IMG/VR virus record: IMGVR_UViG_3300045988_099202
Coordinates: 1-13,840 of that record
Origin: a virus
Direction: 5' to 3' (one strand)
DNA length: 13,840 nucleotides
Part shown: in pieces, positions 1-6,578 of the stretch
How the letters are laid out: each line of letters starts with the position of its first letter
Numbering within the stretch: position 1 is the first letter of the stretch
Made by a program: the position numbers and the translations under genes
Notes under the pieces: generated by a model
Database searches by the model: none
What the model was told of the DNA's origin: nothing
Seen by the model: the letters and a program-made list of their open reading frames with translations, nothing else

Positions 1-246
1 GGGTATTCTGGTAATAAATTTACAATTGTCATTCCCCACAATCATGGCTTGTTACCTCTGTCAGCCGCTCATCAATCACATATAAGCATCATTCAATGTA
101 TAACGTCTGTTATATAACGCATTTCCAACTCAACCAAGAGTAGAAAAAATTTCTCCTCAAACTCAACTAACAGTATCTTCACAACATCGCCTGAATGTGC
201 TATCATATAAATGTAAAGAGGAAGGAAACCTCACAAACCAGAAGGG
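1..246. repeat. Left inverted terminal repeat (ITR-L)
   Basis: Checked base by base. Positions 1-199 are the exact reverse complement of 13642-13840. Identity continues to 246/13595 with two mismatches (left C200 and C204; the right copy has T at 13641 and 13637 read on the minus strand). The sequence begins GGGTATTCTGG. Confidence 0.97.
178..206 (+). promoter_or_regulatory. ITR-borne inward-facing early promoter (left copy)
   Basis: TTCACA (178-183), 17-nt spacer, TATCAT (201-206), with TG at 198-199 giving an extended -10 (TGcTATCAT). It is followed by the GAAGGGG SD (241-247) and ATG 252. Confidence 0.6.
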
Positions 247-251
247 GAATT

Positions 252-467
252 ATGATGACTGTGTATCTCGAACGCCGTGCTATTAACCAGCTGAACCGCG
301 ATAGCATCTACGACACTGCCCGCTATTTTATGGAGGAAGATTCTGTGGTCCGGCTCCGTCGTGAATACCTTGACACCACGGTTGCTTTATCGAATAAAAG
401 CAGTAGCAATCCGAACGGATGGGAACAGGTCGAAATCCGTGTAAAGGGGGCGAAGAAGAATGTCTGA
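252..467 (+). CDS. Hypothetical early protein (71 aa)
   Basis: ATG 252 lies 4 nt after the GAAGGGG SD at the ITR edge. The track ORF start at 195 lies inside the promoter. The stop overlaps the next start (ATGTCTGA). No recognisable motifs. Confidence 0.65.
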   Translation: MMTVYLERRAINQLNRDSIYDTARYFMEEDSVVRLRREYLDTTVALSNKSSSNPNGWEQVEIRVKGAKKNV

Positions 468-651
468 TTTCCGATTTCTGGCAGTCCAGCTTCTTCGGGC
501 GAAATCCTTAACAGAGATTTGCAACTTGACAAATCGAAATTATAAGGGCTACACGCTCGATGAACGTGAATGCCTGCTGATGCTTGCAAAGGCGGTAACT
601 CGAGAGATTATCGCAACGAGACAAGCCGAAAGGAAAGAACAGAATGTGTGA
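460..651 (+). CDS. Hypothetical early protein (63 aa), weakly helix-turn-helix-like
   Basis: ATG 460 is preceded by AAGGGGG (443-449) and overlaps the upstream gene by 8 nt. The segment KSLTEICNLTNRN is vaguely HTH-like. The function is not supported beyond that. Confidence 0.6.
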   Translation: MSDFRFLAVQLLRAKSLTEICNLTNRNYKGYTLDERECLLMLAKAVTREIIATRQAERKEQNV

Positions 652-706
652 GTTACTGGCGGGTGTGCTTGCTATATTATTAGTATGTTGGGGGTTGCAA
701 CAATGA
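644..706 (+). CDS. Hydrophobic micro-ORF, 20 aa (MCELLAGVLAILLVCWGLQQ), paralog of 13281-13337
   Basis: Not in the supplied ORF track; translated by hand. ATG 644 overlaps the upstream stop (ATGTGTGA), with the AGGAAAG SD at 631-637. Its TGA (704-706) overlaps the next ATG (703) as ATGA. A paralogous peptide sits in the other arm in the same context. Confidence 0.5.
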   Translation: MCELLAGVLAILLVCWGLQQ

Positions 707-912
707 TGAAACGAGTGAAATTAACCGGCAAGCAATTGGACGAATTATATAATAGAGGTTACACGTTCACGGCAAAAAGCTATTACTGGCAGTGTTATGG
801 CGGGAATTTAGCGAACCGGATTAGCAAAGCTGAGTATTTGAGCAGGGGCATTGCTGAGCCGCTCCGCGGAGTCGAACAAGTCCGAATCTACAAGAGGGAG
901 GAAGACAGATGA
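703..912 (+). CDS. Hypothetical early protein (69 aa)
   Basis: ATG 703 is preceded by GGGGG (690-694), in an ATGA overlap with the micro-ORF stop. The track start at 685 has no SD. The stop overlaps the next gene (ATGA at 909-912). Confidence 0.65.
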   Translation: MMKRVKLTGKQLDELYNRGYTFTAKSYYWQCYGGNLANRISKAEYLSRGIAEPLRGVEQVRIYKREEDR

Positions 913-1157
913 CTGCTAATTATGTGCTTATTCGGTACGATGCTAATGGAAGAGAAATCGAAAGGAACGACGAAAGAGGTGTCAAAAGGTTTGAATTTTA
1001 TTCGCTCACGTTCGCAATGAGGTCGATGGAAATTGCTACAAACATTTCTAACGGCACGCAGTGCGCAAAGCTCTATCGTCGCCGCCGTGCCGGTGGGTAT
1101 CGCTGGGTTGCAACTCGTTTTCGTGGGGGCGCGCATCTAACTGCATGGGGTGAATAA
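909..1157 (+). CDS. Hypothetical early protein (82 aa), basic C-terminal half
   Basis: ATG 909 is preceded by GGGAGGAAG. The Arg-rich stretch LYRRRRAGGYRWVATRFRGG suggests nucleic-acid binding, but this is unproven. The gene ends at the bidirectional terminator. Confidence 0.65.
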   Translation: MTANYVLIRYDANGREIERNDERGVKRFEFYSLTFAMRSMEIATNISNGTQCAKLYRRRRAGGYRWVATRFRGGAHLTAWGE

Positions 1158-1182
1158 AAGGGAGGGCAATGCCCTCCCTTTT
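1156..1182. terminator. Bidirectional rho-independent terminator between the convergent left early operon and the late operon
   Basis: AAAA-GGGAGGGC-AAT-GCCCTCCC-TTTT: a perfect 8-bp GC-rich stem (1160-1167 / 1171-1178) with a 3-nt loop, flanked by an A-run and a T-run. It lies between stop codons at 1155-1157 (+) and 1187-1189 (-). Confidence 0.88.
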
Positions 1183-1186
1183 ATTG

Positions 1187-2641
1187 TTACACACCAACCG
1201 CGATCCAGTCTACGGCGAACTGCTCATGCGTCGTTGTACCGGAAAGCCTGATTTTTGCCGAACTTGTAGTTTTAGCAAAAATCAGCTGACTGCGTGTTAC
1301 ACTATCTTGAATCGCCCCACTGTTTGCATAAGTTGCGACCACGGTCGGAATTTCGGTAAATCCCGCCGACTGATAATCAATAATGGTGTCTTGGTCTTGG
1401 TATGCGAGAACACTGCCTCTTGCAATTTTTGGCATATTCTGGAATTTGGCAATAGCTGTTTCCAACTCTGACAAACGGGAATTGATAGAAGCCTTGTCTG
1501 TGGGGTAGTCCGAAGTACCATTGATAGCGGAACGATTATTCCAGCTCCAATTATATGCAGGGTTGATTCTTAACGCCATTGGAACATTTTCCGACCAAAT
1601 ACCGATTGTATCCCAGAGGGTGTTATATTTCGATTCTGCAGGTCTCGTGCCGATTTTTTCCAGTGCAGAAGAAGCAGTAGAAGCAGCTGTTGTCGCGTTT
1701 GCCTTGGCAATAGCGGCATTATTGTCTGCCGTTTCTGCCTTGGTATATGCATCTTGCACGGCCGCCTCAACGTTACCCAATTCCGTTGCGAGCTGCCCAG
1801 TTTTTTCATCTACATATGATATCGATGCAAACTCTTCCCCGCCAGAACTGCCCGCCACAACTTCAAAAGTAAAAACGCGGACTACCATATTAAATGTTGT
1901 CGATTCTCCGGGGCAGTCTGCTACAACTACAAAATTATTATATTTATCTGTGGTTGTGCTTTTAGGAGGCTTAACAATCAAAAATGCGTTATTGCTATCT
2001 CCAGCTGTATGCGCAACAGATGATTCGCGTTCGCAGATCGCGAAATCAAACGGCGCAATTACTTTGGAGGGGGTGAATTCCTTCCCTCTTGCGGTTCCCG
2101 GGGCTATAGCAACTTGATATTCGCCATTAAGTTTTACAAGCGAACCGGGTTTCAGCGCCGCCTCGATCGTATTTAGGCGCGCCTGAATTGTGCCTTTAGT
2201 AAGATCATACGCGCCATCAGTTCCCGCGATAGAACGTTGATTTTCTTTGCCCACCGTCTGAACTTGAAGCAACTTACTGCCGATTGCCTGTGTAGCATTG
2301 TATTCGCCGATTGTGCTCCAAATGCTGCCGAAATTAGGAACAGAAGGTTTTACGCCAATATTTTTTTCAGTTTCCAACATTCGCCCATTCAGACCGCTAA
2401 TACTTGTCGTGTGCGCTGTAATCTGATTTTGGAGTTGTTTGTCTGCGGTTGTTCGCGCGGAACGTTCGCCGCTGATTTTTTCGTCAAGCGCAGCATCCTG
2501 TTCGTCCACATATTCTTTGCTTACATTGCCGCTCTTTTCCAGCGTATCAACTCTTCCATCAAGTTCTTTGATTGAATTATAAGCCCAATCAAGATTCTGT
2601 TCGTGGAAATTCGTAAACGGGAATTGTTCCCAAATACCCAT
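1187..2641 (-). CDS. Tail fiber / receptor-binding appendage protein (484 aa)
   Basis: ATG 2641 lies 9 nt after AGGAGGT (2657-2651); the track start at 2671 is a TTG without an SD. It is the last gene of the structural module, at the gp12 position of phi29. The N-terminus WEQFPFTNFHEQNLDWAYNSIKEL is followed by coiled-coil-like heptads and beta-rich C-terminal domains. Confidence 0.7.
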   Translation of the reverse strand: MGIWEQFPFTNFHEQNLDWAYNSIKELDGRVDTLEKSGNVSKEYVDEQDAALDEKISGERSARTTADKQLQNQITAHTTSISGLNGRMLETEKNIGVKPSVPNFGSIWSTIGEYNATQAIGSKLLQVQTVGKENQRSIAGTDGAYDLTKGTIQARLNTIEAALKPGSLVKLNGEYQVAIAPGTARGKEFTPSKVIAPFDFAICERESSVAHTAGDSNNAFLIVKPPKSTTTDKYNNFVVVADCPGESTTFNMVVRVFTFEVVAGSSGGEEFASISYVDEKTGQLATELGNVEAAVQDAYTKAETADNNAAIAKANATTAASTASSALEKIGTRPAESKYNTLWDTIGIWSENVPMALRINPAYNWSWNNRSAINGTSDYPTDKASINSRLSELETAIAKFQNMPKIARGSVLAYQDQDTIIDYQSAGFTEIPTVVATYANSGAIQDSVTRSQLIFAKTTSSAKIRLSGTTTHEQFAVDWIAVGV

Positions 2642-2658
2642 ATATTTTACACCTCCTG

Positions 2659-3231
2659 TTAATATACCCAAATTAAAAACCGCTTCTTAAAATCCAGAAT
2701 AACAGCATCATAGAAGTTGAACATTGCAACACGCCGTTCACTTTCCAGCATTTCTTGCGTAGTGGTTACACCGATGTTACCGTGCGCCCGCCCTGTTCGA
2801 GTTCCTGCGCTTGTGCCTGTCCCGGCACTATCGCTTGTATCCGCGCTTGTGCTTGCGCTGGTGCTTGCGCTATTGTCAGCCGGTTTTTGTAAATCGTTGT
2901 AACCGTAAACTTGTTCTTTTGTTGAGCCACTGGAAGTGTTGTTTGCGGAATTCGTATAGCGTGAAGTGTTTGTGGTGCTGTCCTCCCATTCTTCCATTCT
3001 GTCATAATTTTCTATTGGATTATATTCCGCCGTTAGTGTTTCGGCAAAGTGTTGCCAAGTATATTGCGAAATTTTTGACCATACCCGAATTAGCGATTTA
3101 AGTAAAGGCGGCGACGAATAAAGAACAGGCAATTCTCCGCACTGCATCAATAGCGTGTCGACGAAATCTTGCACCGATATATTAGAAGGAAATTCCACGC
3201 CGTCAAAGATGGAAGGATCGAAATTATACAT
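2659..3231 (-). CDS. Putative lower collar / head-tail adaptor protein (190 aa)
   Basis: ATG 3231 overlaps the portal stop (ATGTATAA). It sits directly after the portal, as phi29 gp11 does. It has an EYNPIENYD motif and a Ser/Thr/Ala/Gly low-complexity stretch (nt 2791-2880). It is shorter than gp11, so the call rests mostly on position. Confidence 0.5.
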   Translation of the reverse strand: MYNFDPSIFDGVEFPSNISVQDFVDTLLMQCGELPVLYSSPPLLKSLIRVWSKISQYTWQHFAETLTAEYNPIENYDRMEEWEDSTTNTSRYTNSANNTSSGSTKEQVYGYNDLQKPADNSASTSASTSADTSDSAGTGTSAGTRTGRAHGNIGVTTTQEMLESERRVAMFNFYDAVILDFKKRFLIWVY

Positions 3232-4150
3232 TGTCGCCAACATCACGCTCAATCTTATTACCTCCATTTGTGTTATGCTCAATCGGATAACGCCGCTCAC
3301 AAGTGATTCTCACACCGAACGCATTCCGAACGTTGCGGATGCAATCTTGAATGGTGTCGAACCACTGCGCAACGATTGCATCTGTTTCAACGTCGTTCCG
3401 TTCCGCTTCGGCTGTAATCAGCCGTTCTTTTTTGTCGGTGTTACAATTCGGAATCCCAACACGTGTATCAAATTCTGCTTCAATTTGCCTCATGTTGGAA
3501 AGTATTCTGTCCGCGATATAGTTTTGCCCTACATTTTGTGCGAATGGCGCCCACGAGGGGGAACCATCATCGTTAAAAAGGGCTTTATCCACCCATACAG
3601 CTAATTCGCCAGATGTTACCCTATCCATCAATTCTTTGCCAGTTTGTGCGGCATTTTTAGAACTGCACGCGAACACATAGGAAAGTTTAGAATTCATAAT
3701 GTTCATTGCAAGCGATTCAACACATGTTGCAAGCAAGTCCGCGTAATAATTAACAATGTCTAACGCGCCATGATAATCGCGTTGCAACCGGAAAAGAACG
3801 CAATCCTTATCAATTTGCAAGCGCATCGGTGGCAAAAGGGGATTTGAAATCATCACGGTTGTAGGCTGATAGAAAACATTGTATCCATACAATGCGCCCG
3901 CCTGCGGAATTACACCGTAACGCTTGCTGTTAAAAATCGCCACGCTTCCCCATGCGTACAAGCAGCCGAGAAAATATGTATCGCTCCAACCTTCGGGAAA
4001 GCTCCATTTGAATTGGCTTGTTAGTTTCTGGAATAAATAGCGCTGATAATATTGGAAAAGCGCTGTGTTTTTTGTGTGGCAGGTAGAAGGGGAAATGCTC
4101 GATTCGTAGGCATTTATGCGGTTGTAATCAAAGGGCGGATTGTTAGCCAT
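3224..4150 (-). CDS. Portal (upper collar / connector) protein, phi29 gp10-like (308 aa)
   Basis: ATG 4150 follows GAAGGTGA and overlaps the upstream stop (ATGGCTAA). The size matches gp10 (309 aa). The segment VGIPNCNTDKKERLITAEAERNDVE resembles the gp10 [24 protein letters not shown] region as I recall it. Confidence 0.8.
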   Translation of the reverse strand: MANNPPFDYNRINAYESSISPSTCHTKNTALFQYYQRYLFQKLTSQFKWSFPEGWSDTYFLGCLYAWGSVAIFNSKRYGVIPQAGALYGYNVFYQPTTVMISNPLLPPMRLQIDKDCVLFRLQRDYHGALDIVNYYADLLATCVESLAMNIMNSKLSYVFACSSKNAAQTGKELMDRVTSGELAVWVDKALFNDDGSPSWAPFAQNVGQNYIADRILSNMRQIEAEFDTRVGIPNCNTDKKERLITAEAERNDVETDAIVAQWFDTIQDCIRNVRNAFGVRITCERRYPIEHNTNGGNKIERDVGDNV

Positions 4151-5672
4151 TAGATTCACCTTCTTCAATGAAAAATCCAGATGATAAATATTGCAACAGC
4201 AAAGCGATTTCTGGCTGCGAAGCAAGAATCACATCAATATCGGGGTGCTGAATTGTGGTAAACCCTGTAAGCGTTGAAAGTTTTAGCTTCTTACAACATG
4301 GCGTTCCCAAATCTTCATTATCAGAATTTGCCACATGAGCAAACCTCCAAAAGATGTGCGGTTGCACATTATAGCTTGATAAATTGCCGTTGTGTCCCTG
4401 CACACTTAAAACGCCATTAGCGGCATGTGCCGCCGTGCCGATTCCCGCAAACGTTGTTTCGCCTGAACCAATACCGGCAAGCGCTCCCTTGAAAGTGTTA
4501 GTTTGCGTCATCCCAACTAGCGCTCCTGCTCCCGCGCCTAATATCGCAAGCGCTCCGCTTCCGCCAGTGCCGAGCGCTCCAGCATTCGCGCCGGCTGCCG
4601 CTGAACCAATAACGTTTGTAACGTCAGAGATTGCGCCGCCTATCCAACTCGTTTGCGCAAGCTGTATATCTACGCCAATTTGGCATTCTGCATAATACAA
4701 GAGATTATCACCGGATGATATAGTTATACTCCCAATTCCCGATACACAATCAACCCTAATTCCGATTCCAATAGATTCCTTTTGTAGTTTTGTTGGGTCT
4801 AATTGTATTACCCCAAACGGCGGATAATATAGGTAGTATGTAGAATATGGCGCGTATGCAAGCCATTTTCCACGCCCAATTTGAGGATGAACGCCAATAT
4901 TATTTACAGTTATTCCCTTCGTGATAACGCCATCAGCAGCAAGCAATGATGCAGTTCCGCCTGTAAAATCCCATCCACAAATTGTTATGGATGAAACAAC
5001 GCCCGACGTTGGCGGTTTTTCTGGAAACCATCGGCACGAAACTATATATTGAAAAGGATTTATAATCGCACGTTGCAATTCCGCCGAAATTTCACTGTCC
5101 GCGATTCCCATGTAAGAAAAATCTGTCAAAAGGGCATGACGCAATGAAGCGAACTGTGCATTAGACATCACATAATATGCAATACCACCTACTGAATTTG
5201 TGGCGTTGTTTACGATACCCAGAACATAATAGCCAGATGTAAGAGTTGGTAACCCCCATCCTGTAACATCCGCCCCCCCGCTTGTAATTTTAGAAGTCAC
5301 AGGGTAAAGGCTATCAACTATTGATAAATCGCCAGCGCTTGCAGAACGCAAAATATACTGTGTAGATTCTTTAAGAGTTTCCCAGTAAGTAGCAAGAACA
5401 TCGCATGAAAGTGTATAAATCACACGGTTTCGGTCGAACATCATGTCGGCGACAAAATAATAACGATGGAAATCTGGAATGTATGCGTAATTGTAAGCTG
5501 CCGGGGAAAGTTGATGATCCGGAAAAATTAGCGCAACTTGCGGCGCAAGAACGCTTGTTAAATCTTTGAGCGTGCATTCCGTCAAAAAAGATAGCTGCCC
5601 CTGTTCATTTTTGGTAGTTGGGCGCTTCGTTGAATTAATACGTTTACGAAACGCATACATTCGTATTTGCAT
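4143..5672 (-). CDS. Tail knob / distal tail tube protein, phi29 gp9-like (509 aa)
   Basis: ATG 5672 follows GGAGGTGA. It sits immediately upstream of the portal, as gp9 does. YYFVADMMF...CDVLATYW resembles gp9 WFYAFV...IDVLQTW. A long Gly/Ala-rich hydrophobic segment (aa 344-420) parallels the membrane-active loop of gp9. Confidence 0.65.
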   Translation of the reverse strand: MQIRMYAFRKRINSTKRPTTKNEQGQLSFLTECTLKDLTSVLAPQVALIFPDHQLSPAAYNYAYIPDFHRYYFVADMMFDRNRVIYTLSCDVLATYWETLKESTQYILRSASAGDLSIVDSLYPVTSKITSGGADVTGWGLPTLTSGYYVLGIVNNATNSVGGIAYYVMSNAQFASLRHALLTDFSYMGIADSEISAELQRAIINPFQYIVSCRWFPEKPPTSGVVSSITICGWDFTGGTASLLAADGVITKGITVNNIGVHPQIGRGKWLAYAPYSTYYLYYPPFGVIQLDPTKLQKESIGIGIRVDCVSGIGSITISSGDNLLYYAECQIGVDIQLAQTSWIGGAISDVTNVIGSAAAGANAGALGTGGSGALAILGAGAGALVGMTQTNTFKGALAGIGSGETTFAGIGTAAHAANGVLSVQGHNGNLSSYNVQPHIFWRFAHVANSDNEDLGTPCCKKLKLSTLTGFTTIQHPDIDVILASQPEIALLLQYLSSGFFIEEGESNG

Positions 5673-5678
5673 TTTGTA

Positions 5679-6422
5679 TCACCTCCATTTATTAGCCGCT
5701 TTGCAAATAAACCAGATAGGCAAGCTATTCAGATTGATTTTTTGTAATTTATTGTACCAGTAATTCGCCCACTGAATACGATATTTACTTGTTGCTTCCC
5801 AGTCCGTTATTGCAGGGCGTTCATAGCAGAGACAGAAACTTTTTGTCAACTGCTCAACATCTGTGCTATCGGAAAAGTAAAAATCTTGGAAATTGGGGTA
5901 GATTGTGCCGCCCTCCCACTGATAATTATGCTCCACCTCGTACATAATGCGCGCAATCTGAATGCTGCCGTTGTACCAACAATCAAGCCCAGCATATGCC
6001 CCATTTGTTCCAAATATTTCTAGAGCCCAATCTATATATTTATCTGCTCCTGTCCACTGAACAAGCCCAAAACCGTATTTCTTTTCGGTGTTCTGCTTGT
6101 AATTATTTGGGTCAGGGCTCGGGGCGTGCCCGCCCTGCCATAGGGCGGGATTAAGTGTAGATTCCCGGCACATATTCCCGAGCATTGCTGATATTTGGGG
6201 GACTTTCCATCCGTTTTTATACAGCCCAGTTGCAATCAATACCCCGTTTGTTTCGCTCGCTGTCTCGTGATCTTGATAGTCAAAATATGGATCATCGTAT
6301 ATACTATAATACCACTCCTGCGGCAACCGAAACGGCTTGTACCAATGGGGATAACGTGTTTCTGTGCTATCCACAGCAGGGACTATGTTACTACCTGGTA
6401 TCCTCTGTCTATCTCCCGCCAT
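5679..6422 (-). CDS. Virion-associated peptidoglycan hydrolase (phage tail lysozyme-type domain, gp13 analog) (247 aa)
   Basis: ATG 6422 lies 6 nt after AGGAGG; the track start at 6464 lacks an SD. The motifs MLGNMCRESTLNP and GFGLVQWTG match the G-N-x3-ES / G-x-x-QW signature of the phage tail lysozyme family. Confidence 0.6.
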   Translation of the reverse strand: MAGDRQRIPGSNIVPAVDSTETRYPHWYKPFRLPQEWYYSIYDDPYFDYQDHETASETNGVLIATGLYKNGWKVPQISAMLGNMCRESTLNPALWQGGHAPSPDPNNYKQNTEKKYGFGLVQWTGADKYIDWALEIFGTNGAYAGLDCWYNGSIQIARIMYEVEHNYQWEGGTIYPNFQDFYFSDSTDVEQLTKSFCLCYERPAITDWEATSKYRIQWANYWYNKLQKINLNSLPIWFICKAANKWR

Positions 6423-6495
6423 GTTGCACCTCCTGTATTTTCTGGTAAAGTTATTTACCAACACATTTGGAAAATCGCACAGAATCGTCTCAAAC

Positions 6496-6571
6496 GTAAT
6501 AGCCCTGTATTGCTATGTTATTAACTTGGGCGCCTTATAGGGCCTGTTTTGTGCGAATACAGGGCTATTAC
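6496..6571 (-). other. Long perfect inverted repeat (16-bp stem, 44-nt spacer) just downstream of the capsid gene; possible RNA stabiliser, partial terminator or processing site
   Basis: GTAATAGCCCTGTATT (6496-6511) pairs perfectly with AATACAGGGCTATTAC (6556-6571). It lies in the 156-bp gap between the capsid stop (6579) and the next start (6422). On the minus strand the stem is followed only by GUUUGAG, so it is not a canonical intrinsic terminator. Confidence 0.55.
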
Positions 6572-6578
6572 TATTAAG

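Noticed and set aside
108-118. A second extended -10-like element (TGtTATATA) deep in the ITR that might drive an ITR transcript or pRNA-like RNA
   Set aside because: There is no acceptable -35 at 16-18 bp (TTCAAT lies only 13-15 bp away). No downstream terminator or obvious structure is present. It is more likely part of the TATAACG repeat/palindrome noted as a possible protein-binding site.
195-251. The longer version of the first left gene starting at ATG 195. Similar 5' extensions of track ORFs occur at 685-702, 2642-2671, 3232-3300, 4151-4225, 6423-6464, 13285-13299 and 13586-13591.
   Set aside because: The extended starts lack SD sequences, are often TTG, lie inside promoters or upstream genes, or precede an internal ATG with a strong, correctly spaced GGAGG-type SD.
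703-912. The possibility that the left 69-aa protein is a second RHH paralog of the right-arm regulator, because both follow the conserved micro-ORF cassette
   Set aside because: Only a faint resemblance was seen (KRVKLTGKQLDEL versus YKVITLSMYPEDLKRL). The remainder does not fit an RHH helix-loop-helix pattern, so this is insufficient to call.
1521-2117. 198-aa plus-strand ORF antisense to the tail fiber gene. The same applies to 6756-7328 (+), 3155-3604 (+), 4384-4695 (+), 9430-9807 (+) and 2237-2575 (+).
   Set aside because: These are shadow ORFs inside strongly supported minus-strand genes. They have no SD sequences and low-complexity or unnatural composition, and they would be transcribed against the operon direction with no promoter.
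6423-6578. A promoter for the tail genes in the capsid to tail-lysin gap
   Set aside because: The best candidates are TTGAGA-17-CCAAAT and TTAATA-17-TATTAC. They match the consensus at only 3-4 of 6 positions in at least one hexamer, so no call was made.
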